A stretch of DNA of 63,554 bases, counting the filler, from Octopus bimaculoides (taxonomy: Eukaryota), in NCBI RefSeq assembly GCF_001194135.2. It is 4 parts of 4 records of this genome, joined end to end, with 100 filler letters (N's around TTAATTAATTAA, not from the genome) between each part and the next. Parts side by side here need not be neighbours in the genome. Positions count along the whole stretch, not along the records: positions 26,512 to 40,515 come from NC_068997.1; 3 more parts are not named here. The stretch is one strand, 5' to 3'. The notes below the pieces were generated by a model that was not told the origin of the DNA, did no database searches, and saw only the letters and a program-made list of their open reading frames with translations. Position numbers and translations under genes: made by a program. Shown here one piece after another: positions 27,932 to 38,591 of this stretch (its first letter is position 1; every line of letters starts with the position of its first letter).

Positions 27932-29960
27932 ATCGTCGTATTTGTTTAATGTCCGCTTTCCATGGTGGCTTGGGTTGGACGGTTTGACTGAGGGCTGGCA
28001 AGCCAGAAGGTTGTGCCAGGCTCCAATCCTATCTGACAAAGTTTCTACAGCTGAATGTCCTTACTAACGCCAACCACTCCGAGAGTGTAGTGGGTACTGT
28101 TTATGTGCCACCAGTATGAGAGCCATTCAGGTGGTACTGGCATTGACCATGCTTGAATGGTGCTTTTTACGTGCCAGTCAGGCAGCCCTGGCAACAACCA
28201 CACTCGAATGGTGCATTTTATGTGCCACCAGCACAGAGCCAGTCAGGCAGCACTGGCATCGACCACGCTCAAATGGTGCTTTTTACATGCCACGGCATGG
28301 GTGCCAGTCAGGTGGTACAGGCATCAGCCACGACAATGACTTCACTTGACTCTATGGGTCTTTGCAAGCACAGTTTATTGCCCAATGATTGTAGGGTACT
28401 CTTAGATGGACCGGTTATGCTGCACTGGCATAGGCCATAGTTACGGTCTCACTTGACTTGCTGGGTCTTCTTAAGCACAGCATATCTCCAAAGGTCTCGG
28501 TTTCTTGTCATCACCTCCATGAGGCCCAACATTTGAAGGTCTTGCCTCACTACTTCATCCCAGGTCTTCCTGGGTCTACCTCTACCACAGGTTCCCCTAC
28601 TGCTGGGGTGTGATACTTTCATACAGCTGTCCTCATCCATACTTGCCACATAACCATACCAGTGCAGTCGTCTCCCTTGCACACCACATCTGATGCTTCT
28701 CATGTCCAATTTTTCTGTCAGGGTGCTTACACTCTGTCGTGTATGCACACTGACATTACACATCCAGCAGAGCATGCTAGCTTCATTCCTTGCATGCTTA
28801 CGCATGTACTCAACAGTCACGGCCCATGTTTCACTGCCATGTAGCATAGCTGTTCTCACACGTGCATCATACATTCTACCTTTTACTCTGAATGAGAGGC
28901 CCTTTGTCACCAGCAGAGGTAGGAGCTCTCTTAACTTTACCCAGGCTATTCTTATTCTGGCAGCAACACTCTCAGAGCACCCCCCCCCCTGCTACTGACT
29001 TGGTCCCCTGGGTAATGGAAGCTATCAACTGCTTCTAGTTTTTCCCCCTGACATGTGAAGGAAGCTGTTTACTGCACATTTTCAGTGTTTATTGCCCCTG
29101 AGCATCTTCCCAGTTAGCCTTCCTTTGATGTTGCTACACCTCTTATGTGTCCATAGCTTACCCGGGATACATCTTATAAAGTTTCTACCTACACCTTTTC
29201 TACAGATTCATTTCTTTATTGCCCACAGGGAGCTAAACATAGAGGGGACAAATAAGGACAGACAAACAGATTAAGTCGATAACATCGACCCCAGTGTGTA
29301 ACTGGTACTTATTTAATCAACCGCAAAAGGATGAAAGGAAAAGTCGACCTTGGCGGAATTTGAACTCAGAACATAACGGCAGACAAAATACCACTAAGCA
29401 TTTCACCCGGCATGCTAATACTTCTGCCAGCTCACTTTTCTACAAATTGAGCAGGGCCATCTACCTGAAGGGATTTGTGATTTGTCTGCCTTCCTACTTA
29501 TCAAGACTTTGGTTTTTACTAGATTGACTCTAAGGCCCTTCAATTCTAGACCTTGCTTCCACACCTGAAACTTCTCCTCTAGTTCTGATAGTAACTCAGA
29601 TATTAGAGCAAGGTCATCAGCATAGAGAAGCTCCCAGGAGCACCTGTCATGAATTCCTCTGTTATTGCCTGGAGGACTATGATGAATAAGAGGGGGCTGA
29701 GGACTGATTCTTGGTGGATCCCTACCCCTAACTGGAATTCTCCACTATACTCATTGCCAACTCTCACATTACTAACAGCATCCCTGTACATGGCTTGCAC
29801 AGCTCTCACTAACCACTCATCTATCCCTAGTTTCTGCATTGACCACCAGATAAGGGATCTGGGGACCCTATCAAAGGCTTTCTCCATATCAACGAAGTCA
29901 GGTACAGAGGTTTATCTTTAGCTAGGTATTTCTCCTGCAGCTTACCAGAAATATAGCATC
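27932..29960 (-). mobile_element. 5'-truncated RTE-clade LINE with repeat-containing 3'UTR
   Basis: EKAFDRVPRSLIWW...SVLSPLLFIIVL (29603..29887), LLYADDL, and KGRMYDARVRTAMLHGSETW...GRPRKTW (28449..28910). The 3'UTR has three to four ~60-bp modules. Confidence 0.92.
29209..29434 (-). mobile_element. SINE family A (alternative 3' tail) inserted in the RTE, with TSD
   Basis: TSD cttttctacagatt (29195-29208) and cttttctacaaatt (29435-29448). Removing the SINE restores the RTE frame WPCSICRK|GVGRN. Confidence 0.9.
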
Positions 29961-29970
29961 ATTAAACATA

Positions 29971-30505
29971 TCTATGTTAATAAATGCAAAAGTTTGTCTG
30001 TCCATCTGGGATCCCTTTATCTCAGCCTACATTTGCTCTACATAGACATATACCTTTTTTGAATTAAGATGATCCCAGGATTGAAAATCTGTCTTCCATT
30101 TGGTTCTTGAACATCCATCATTGAGATCTGATTTAGAGGTATTTGGATTACTACTTCTAGCAGGTAAAGCTTGGCTGATTTATGCCATTTTGGTAGTGTT
30201 TGACAGATGACATCAGAGATCAAGGGAGAGATAAATGACATTTGCTTCATTACTTTTACATCAAGATAAGAACTTGAGGATAAATTGGCCAACCATTGAA
30301 ATTCAACTTGGGATTGGAACAATAGAATGACTGCATTACAGAATTAATTCCCATCCATCCTTAACTTCTGATCAAAAACGACCAGGGCATATAGTCATTA
30401 TAGACATGCTATTTAATTCACTTTCATTTGGGGCTTCAGGCCCAATGGAGAGCCCTCCACAGGAGCCAGCTTAAAAGTCCACACCAAGTGTGGCTTTTAA
30501 GCTAG
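29971..30505 (+). mobile_element. Putative non-autonomous Helitron
   Basis: Starts A|TCTATGTTAATAAATGC and ends with a ccacac-caa-gtgtgg hairpin, 8 nt, then CTAG|T. Fits the Helitron 5'-TC, hairpin-CTRR-3' and A|T target rules. Confidence 0.55.
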
Positions 30506-31149
30506 TATAAAATAAAGTCAAAAATTTGAAGTTTGTTTCTCTAGTTACGAAGAAATTACATAGTCAATAGCAATTGTCTTAATGTAACAAGGCCTCACAA
30601 AAGAAAACAATTGAGGGATAGGGAAGAAGAATAAAAGATATTGCTGGTAAGAAGGTATGAGAGTGAGAGCATATTTAATATATTGGAAAAAAGAATCCAA
30701 GGATACTAGTTGTGAAAAGGGTGTTGATAGGTCAGTGACACAGTGAAGTGTGGGAGGAAGGACAGATAAATCAAACAAAGATTATTTCCTTCTGTGGCTG
30801 AAGAGCGTAAGTATAAAAGGCTTAGAGTATGTTGTGGGGATTTTGAATTGTGATATAAATAGATATAGTACATGATTCCTTTGAATAGATTAAATAGTGT
30901 TGTTGTTTTTTTTTTGAGATATAGCTAGCTATATATTCAACAAACGATAAATAAAAGTAACACAAATGGAATTGAAATTAGCATATAATAAAATGAAGTA
31001 CATGTCTTTTCTAAGCTCTTTATATTTCTATCTATAACATTATATACATGGTTCCTGAAATAAATTGTAATTTCAAACTATCTCTGTAGAGAGGACATTA
31101 AGAAATTCTCAAGAATAAGCAGTTTGCAACCAAATAATAAAACATCTCA

Positions 31150-31660
31150 TCTTTCAGCATTGGATTCAATACTTCAAAAAGATGAGTGGCATGTAGATAA
31201 CTCATCCCAAGCAATCAAGAGAGCAACTCAAAGTAAATACCCAGTAGCATCAAGTAGAGATACTTGGCAAGTTGAGTTTGAATTTGCAGGTATCAAAAAT
31301 TTGAAAGTCGTATGCAGTACGACCCAGCTTCAAGAATGTAGTGACAATGACATTCAATGCTGTAGCAAGAGCTAGATGGTTGTTCTTTTGATCATATGAA
31401 ATACTACATGATTGCTCTTATGAAAACTCTAAAGAGCTACATGTTTGTTCTTATGGTTATATGTAATAGCTACATGGTTCTTACAGATATATGAAAGCAA
31501 TATGTTAAACAAAAAATTTTGTATGTGTACTGCTTGCTGTATCAGTGAATATTTATCTACCTTCATTGTAATTCTTTGGTCTCGATTTAACAAGTGGATA
31601 CACTCATTGTAAAATGTGTCAGCATCAGGATCAGTCTTAACTTCATAAAGTAAGACATAA
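31150..31660 (-). mobile_element. Possible decayed piggyBac transposase fragments
   Basis: DPDADTFY...HLLNR...KYSLIQQ...LSYICKN loosely follows the piggyBac DP.YDKL.K....LN...SIDEQM...QYI.NKP pattern. Weak. Confidence 0.3.
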
Positions 31661-31692
31661 TTATTTGTAAAACCGAAATATATATATATATA

Positions 31693-31997
31693 CCGCCTGA
31701 CTGGCCTTGTAGGGTTTTCGAGCGAGATCGTTGCCAGTGCCCCTGGACTGGCTCTTGTGCGGGTGGCACATAAAAGACACCATTTCGAGCGTGGCCGTTT
31801 TCGTGCGGGTGACACGTAAAAGCACCCACTACACTCTCTGAGTGGTTGGCATTAGGAAGGGCATCCAGCTGTAGAAACTCTGCCAAATTAGATTGGAGCC
31901 TGGTGTTGCCATCCGGTTTCACCAGTCCTCAGTCAAATCGTCCAACCCATGCTAGCATGGAAGGCGGACGTTAAACGATGATGATGATGATGATGAT
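31693..31997 (+). mobile_element. Young short element sharing the RTE 3' end (family E), with (GAT)n tail
   Basis: gagtggttggcattaggaagggcatccagctgtagaaactctgcc...cccatgctagcatggaaggcggacgttaaacgatgatgat is homologous to the RTE 3'UTR at 27932-28110. CpGs are retained. Confidence 0.85.
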
Positions 31998-33116
31998 GCT
32001 TAGCAGCTGATACACTGAAGCGTATTATGCAGCTGAATATGGGAGGCACACAACAGACCATTTACTGCAGATTCCAAGGTTACTTTATCTGTTCAATTTT
32101 CATGACTTCTTTGAAATGTTCAGTGTGAGATCTTAAAAGAGAGTAAAATTGGAGTATACTAGCATGTAAATTTCAAAACTGTTCACCAGAATGTGCAAAT
32201 CTGTCTTTATTCAAGCATCACTCTCGTTCTTGAAGATTTTGTAAAAGATTCATCATCCAGTATTGTACTTTAAATGCTCACAGACAACACTTAGCATAAC
32301 AAAATCATTAAAACTTCTAGCACTTGTGTTATTCAGAGGCAAAAGCCTAAAATAAAACAATTCTCCCTGTGAAGGATGTATTTTATAGATTTTTGCCAAT
32401 TCTTATTTTATGAATATTCTTTCAATAGCATATTTTTACGACAGTTTTCTGGCACTTAATTTATTTGAAATGTAACATAGATGGAGTAATGATAAGGACA
32501 GAAGCTTGGTTGAGAGATTTTCAATTAAGGAAGTATTTACTTTCTTTGTTTACAAGGAAAGGTATCATTATGATGAATGACCAAATTGTGGAGAGTTGGG
32601 ATGTTGTTTTTCTTCATGTGATTGTGGAGACAGACAAGGAAATTCAGGAGTCGATCAGCAGTCAAGTCAACAGATCATCTCTTCAGCTAGACCATTCTTT
32701 CAGTGTTTTCTGCGTGTGCTCTGTCTCACAGCCCTGGCACTCTGCTTTAGGTGCCTAAGTTGTGGTACTTTTATAGAAAACAATTGGCTCAGAGAGACAA
32801 CTCCAAAGGCTAGAATCTCTGCAGAAAGTCAGCTCTAGGCAGTGTCCTGATTGGTCAGAATTTTTGTGACATTGGATGTAGTGACTAAATATTCCTGCTA
32901 CATGACTCCTCTGCCAGTGAAAATTTAAGATGGAATTTAAGGAATTTAAGATGTGAAGAGTGCTGTCCTATACATGAAGTACAGTATGAAATTTACTTGT
33001 TAAACACATCTCTACAGTTATTGTATAGAAATTATAGCCAACACTGATTTTTGCTATGATGTTTCATATATGAGACGTCAGATGTAAACAATGAGATCAA
33101 AGATGAGAAAAGGGTA

Positions 33117-33168
33117 ATGGGTGTATATACCATATTTCAGAAGTTTTTACCCCTTCATCAGTACCCAT
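33117..33168 (-). ncRNA. Type-I hammerhead ribozyme copy
   Basis: ATGGGTA-CTGATGA-A-GGGG(TAAAAAC)TTCT-GAAATATGGTATAT-A-CACCCAT; triplet AUA. The first stem I pair is an A.C mismatch. Confidence 0.75.
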
Positions 33169-33540
33169 CCAACCCTTTTATCATCTTCGAACACATTGCT
33201 TAAATAGCCACTGTATTCAGCAATGTTTGGTTATGAGATATACCAACATATTCCTGGAAGCTGGTACCTAAATACTAATGACTTGTAGGTACATGGCATT
33301 TTGTTATGCAACCATAATATAATATAAAGTATATTAAACGTTTTTATAAGTCTCTACTGCACTAGCAGTGTGTTTTTACATTACTTGTAAACCCCTAAAA
33401 TATGTCATATATACTCATTACCATTTACATGCCAGCTTCCAGGAATGCTTTTAATATGTAAATTGGTATATCCAATAACCAAACACCACTATATACAGTG
33501 GTTATTTAAACAATGTATTCAAGGATGATTAAAGGGTCGG

Positions 33541-33592
33541 ATGGGTGCTGATGAAGGGGCAAAACCCTCCGAAATATGGCATATGTACCCAT
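33541..33592 (+). ncRNA. Type-I hammerhead ribozyme copy
   Basis: ATGGGTG-CTGATGA-A-GGGG(CAAAACC)CTCC-GAAATATGGCATAT-G-TACCCAT; 7-bp stem I. Position 17 is G, which is non-canonical. Confidence 0.8.
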
Positions 33593-35354
33593 CACCCTTT
33601 TCTCATCTTTGATCTCATTGTTTGTTTACATCTGGCATCTTGTAGTGCTGGTTATAATTTCTATAGAATATCTATAGAGATAACCTTAGCTAGTGATGTA
33701 AATGCACACTACTAATGCAGTAGAACACAGTATTGACTTATCAAAACATTTAATACACTTTGAAGTATATTCTGGTAGCTTAATGAAGTACCATGTACCT
33801 ACAAGTAATTGTATAAAGTTTGTATTGAAAAAGTTTGTGTTGAAAAAAAATCTGCAAAACCAGGAATGTAAAAATAACATCATGCAGGAGAAATCAGAAT
33901 TGTGGTAACGAGTATAATTGTAAAATTAGTAGGAAAGAACTGAAGAGGATACATGTATGAAAAGAGAGGCAAAAAAATCAAATGTGTAAAGTCAATGTAT
34001 CATTGACAGAAATGTCTTTTTTTACTTACTGCACAAATTGAAATGGCAGTGCACTCACCAGCCTGATCTTCTTGTTGTCACTGGAGCAGATGTGGAAGTA
34101 TCAGTTGAAGAATATGCTGATGTTAATGCATCAGCTGGTGGGGTTGATATTTCAGATTCAAGGTGAACCTTCTTCAGGCAGTCAATGCTAACTGAGTCAT
34201 TTCTGCCATTGGTATCCAGTACAAAATACCTCAGCATTCTGCTGATAACTTTGAAGGATCCTGAATACAATAGCTAAAGTGGGGGTTGGATGGTATCATT
34301 TCACACAAAGACATGAATCCGTTGTTGAATATCAAATGGGCAGTCTGTGGTGACATCCTGAAAAGCTAGAATTTCTGCAGAAGGTCAGCTCTAGGTGGTG
34401 TCCTGATTGATCAGAATGTTATTATTCTAGTCAATCATGACATTGGATGTAGTGACTAAATATTTCTGCTACAGAAATATTTGTCTTCTGAGGAAGTGGT
34501 AAACATTTGTTACTGAGGCAAAATGTAAAGAATGAAATTTTGAATAAATAATATTTTTGCCAGTTGCATTATGCATATCTGTCTTCTATAGGATATTGCA
34601 ACTAATAAACATAACTCTGAAGATTACATGTAGATAGAATGCACTGCATTTCTTGCATTGTAATAGATCATATGGAGTTCTAATTAAAACGTTTCATGTT
34701 GTTATTAGATATTTTATACTAAACTATATATGTTTATATATTTGTGTGTGAGTGAATGTTTTTCATGTATATATGTGTGTGTGTGTATGTATATGTTTAA
34801 ATAAGCTATTAAAGGTGAAATTTGAAGTTCCAGTCAACATAATATGCCCAATGTATTTTACTCTACTATGTTTATAGAGTCCTATACTATCAGTAAGTAT
34901 TTTATTGTTTCCTTCAAGTCGACCAGCAATACCAAATAATACACACATATTTGTGTGTGTTTGGGTAATTATATTTTTATATATGTACATACATTTAATT
35001 ATAAACACACATTCATAGGAAACTACATTGGTTCAGTTATAACCAGTACAATTTATCCTCCCTTCCTGTACTCCCTACCCTCATTCCATTTCATTGTCTA
35101 TCATATTCTTGATCTTTTGGACCAACTGTGTTCACTACTCTCTTCAGCCTTTCCTTCAGTACTGCCTGTCATCACTCTGTCTCACTCTATCTGCTATCAT
35201 ACCATTGCTCCTTTTCTCCCACACACTCTAAGTCTATGTCATTGCTATATTTCCTGACTCATGTTGTTTTGTCTTTTCCCAGTCATATTTGCTACATTGC
35301 CTTCACTCATCCCCCATACCCAGTAAACTCTGTAAATTGTCAAGTTATGAGAAC

Positions 35355-35612
35355 CCTTTAGTCTTGTCAAAGGCATGGTATCTATCTAATGCTAGTGCCA
35401 TGAAAAATAGCATCCAGTATATTATGTAGAGTGGTTGGTGTTAGAAATGGTATCCAGCTGTAGAAACTAAACCAAAAATGAATAATCTGAGCAAGACATG
35501 ATCCTCTGGCCCATCTACACGAACACTACCCCTGAATGTATGCTAACTCTGACTAACGCAACTTGATCAGCCTATGCCTGCATGGAATGTGGATGTAAAA
35601 TGATGATGATGA
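35355..35612 (+). mobile_element. Decayed family-E-related short element
   Basis: gagtggttggtgttagaaatggtatccagctgtagaaac...catggaatgtggatgtaaaatgatgatgat. Confidence 0.6.
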
Positions 35613-36599
35613 TGGCAGTGGTAATGTCATCACCATGTGTGTGTATACACACATTAGCAATGGCAGCTGTTGTATTCAAAGATTTCCAGTTTCTTCTTGA
35701 CTGAGTGAGCCCTCTATGTTGATAGGATACCCTGGGAAAACCATTCATCATATGAAGCAGACAGAAACCAAGATGGTAAGGAAGATCTAACAGATAGTAT
35801 AGTTATTGTTGCATCATGCATTTTTTACATTTTCTTCAACTTTTCTTTTTCTTTTCTCTTTCAAACGGCCAGTTTTAATGATAAAGTGATGCCAGTTGGA
35901 GCAATGCTCGACTGCAGTTTTGTCTCATGTTTTGTCTCAGTTTCAGCCAATGTGAGGGTTAACATTTGCTGGACTTTGTAATGTTGGAAATGGTATCCTC
36001 ATGGTCTTTTCCCTGTGGTTAATTCACTGTAGAAAATTTAAGGAGTTCATTTCTCTTTCATTGTAATCACATGTATCCGGTATTTCATTATGGTTGATTC
36101 TATGTTTTAACTTTTAGATTTTTTTGAGGATTGTATTATTGATTCTGTAATCCTCCTATTTGATATTTAAGATGGCACTGACCTTTTGTTGATGGAAATG
36201 CTTCAGTTTTTTTGCTGTCCTGATGAAAAAGTGTCTATATTTCACAACTGTATAACAAAACTGAAATGACGACAGTCATTGGCAAGGTTAATGGCCTGGG
36301 CATGGAAGAGTACAGTGTTAACAGCTGGTCACAGAATACCCTTCATTGAAGAAGAGGAGTTGCATTTCTTTTTTCACAGTTTAATTCTGAATCAGTGCTA
36401 CAAAATCAACATCCTTCTTAGTACTCCATAAGAGGCAGACTCCCATTATGTTGCACTCTCCAGCTAGTTATATCTCAGGCACAGGGTGATTTGGAACAAT
36501 CTATGAAGCAGATGTGATATCCATCAATTGGATCTCAAATGTAAATGTGAAGGTATGAAAGACACCATACAAAACAACATAAATGCATTATCATCAGTT

Positions 36600-36750
36600 T
36601 CTGTAAGGTGGTTGGTGTTAGGAAGGGCATCCAGCCATAAAAACTCTGCCAAAATAGTGAAGTCTAGTGCAGTCTTCTGCCAAGTTAGCCCCTGTCAAAC
36701 CATCCAACCCATGCCAGCAGGGAAAACAGTCATTAAAATAATGACGATGA
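36600..36750 (+). mobile_element. Decayed family-E-related short element
   Basis: ggttggtgttaggaagggcatccagccataaaaactctgcc...aaaccatccaacccatgccagc. Confidence 0.65.
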
Positions 36751-37127
36751 AGAAGAGTATTTTTGTGAAAATACATAAGTCCTGTTTCAAACCAAGTAAA
36801 AAGTAGAAATAGGAAGGACATTCAGCCATAAAAACCAAGTCAAAAATGACACTTATAAATGAAGCATGGTTTTCTGCCCCATCCATGAGGGCTGTGGCTC
36901 CCAATAAAACTGATTTGGACTATGACAACTTGTCCATTTCTTACAAGCACAGATAGTAGACATTTGATACCACTGACACTGATGGTGATGATGCCAGTTA
37001 AAATTATTATTCAAATCTAAAACCTTATTGTAATCAAACTCATATTTCTGTTTTTCATGTCATTAACACTTCACTCATCATACTCAATCATTTTGTAATC
37101 ATTTGAATATTTGGCATGCATATTTAT

Positions 37128-37503
37128 CTTTTACTTGTTTCAATCAAGGGACTACAGCCATGCTGAGGAACTGCCTTGAAGGATTTAGTTGACTAAATCA
37201 ACCCCTGTACTTATTTTCTTAACACAGGTGCTTATTTCATCAGACTCTTTTGCCAAACTGCTGAGTTAAGGAGACAAACTAATGAGCACCAGTTGTCAAG
37301 CAGTAGTGGGGAACAAACACAAACATGACACACACATATAGATGTATATATGACAGGCTCTTTTCAATTTCCTTCTACCAAGTCTGCTCACAAGGCTTTG
37401 GTTAGCCCAGGGCTAATGATAGAAAACACTTACCCCAAATGCTGTACAGTGGTACTAAATCCAAGACCACATGTTGGGAAGCGAGCATTGTAATCACAAA
37501 CCA
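37128..37503 (-). mobile_element. tRNA-derived SINE, family B, full length, CpG-decayed
   Basis: Reverse complement of the family-B layout: tRNA head, ttgggcaagtgtcttctactatagcc block, tail gaaacaagtaaaa. Confidence 0.85.
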
Positions 37504-37691
37504 TTGCAAAATCTCGGTATTTTGACATTGAAAATAGTAACCTTCATCTAATCTATTCAGATAATTGTTTTTAAAGAACCCAAAGTTATCTTGTGAAAAA
37601 TCAAGCTTTTCAATGAATGAATGAATTTACGATTTTACTTCATCTCACATTGGTTCTGAATTTTTGCACAAAAACATTCAATTTTAAAAAA

Positions 37692-38052
37692 TGTAGGTGT
37701 GACTGTATTGTAAGAAGCTTGCAATACATGGTTCCAGGTTCAGTGCCACTGCACAACACCTTGGGCAAGTGTCTTCTACTATAGCCTCAGGCTTAGTAAA
37801 ACCTTGTGAGTGGATTTGAAAGATGGAAACAGAAAGAGGCCCATCACAAGTGTGTGTGTATCTGAGTGTCTTTGTATCTGTCCTCACTGGTGTTGGTGTA
37901 TTTACATCCCCATAACTTGGTGGCTCAGCTAAAGTGACTGATAAAATAAGCACTAGGCTTTAAAAGAATAAGTCCTGGGGTCAATTCTAAAAACCATTCA
38001 AGGCAGTGTCCCAGCATGGGCACAGTCAAATGATTGAAACAAGTAAAAGAAA
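37692..38052 (+). mobile_element. tRNA-derived SINE, family B, full length, CpG-decayed
   Basis: ggttccaggttcagtgccactgcacaacaccttgggcaagtgtcttctactatagcc...aaatgattgaaacaagtaaaag. I see no CG dinucleotide left in this copy. Confidence 0.88.
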
Positions 38053-38296
38053 ACAAATTTACCATTGAAACAGAAATAAAATATAAAATCAGATGTTATG
38101 TCAAAAGGCAGAATCAAAGCATGTATAACAGGATTCAAAATAGACTTTTGCAAATCTATACAATAAGATTATTAGTATGAAGGCAGGTATTTAGATATTT
38201 CTGCTTCTCTGGTATAATTTTGTCTTTTATATATGCATAATTATTTTGTGATTTATGCAAAAATTAGTTGTTTACTAAAACACTTATTTATTTCAG

Positions 38297-38547
38297 TATC
38301 TCCTATGCCAAATTGATGATAATGGATATTGCAATTCATACAGTGATTCCGAATTATTATCTGATGTGGCTGAATCTGAGGATATTTACTTGTTTGAGCT
38401 GCCAACTCCTGTATTTCAACCAGAAATATCTCTTACTTCAAATTTTCATGACCAACAACACAGAAGGCACTCCTATGAAATGTCTTCAATAAATATCTTA
38501 CTTGTTCATGCTGAACAAATAAACAGTACAGCAGTTAGTGGAAAATG
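38297..38547 (+). CDS. USP31: Internal coding exon of a USP31/USP43-like ubiquitin-specific protease
   Basis: Acceptor atttatttcAG at 38295-38296, donor GTTAGT at 38548. Frame YLLCQIDDNGYCNSYSDSELLSDVAESEDIYLFELP...INILLVHAEQINSTAVSGK parallels human USP31 as I recall it (IVLTEMYYDGFHRSFCDTDDLETVHESDCIFAFETP...KIVLLVCNRACTGQQGKR). Recalled alignment, not searched. Confidence 0.68.
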
Positions 38548-38591
38548 GTTAGTAAATATTTTGCAAAAGTTGTGCATTTTCATTTTACTAA

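Larger units (their letters stand above)
33005..33812. mobile_element. Inverted, circularly permuted pair of ~390-bp hammerhead-bearing units (Penelope pLTR or retrozyme-like)
   Basis: 33005-33275 is the reverse complement of 33423-33685 (segment Y), and 33275-33390 is the reverse complement of 33692-33812 (segment X). Confidence 0.75.
32587..34473 (-). mobile_element. Internally deleted Gypsy LTR retrotransposon carrying nested insertions
   Basis: 3' LTR 32902-32587 (TG...CA, with CCAAT and TATAAAA), PPT-like GGCAGAGGAG at 32915-32906, partial 5' LTR 34473-34365. Integrase tail HVFV.ND...PL...YSGSFKV...VSIDCLK...TTRRSG at 34340-34055. Flanks caaat/gaaat match 4 of 5. Confidence 0.75.
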
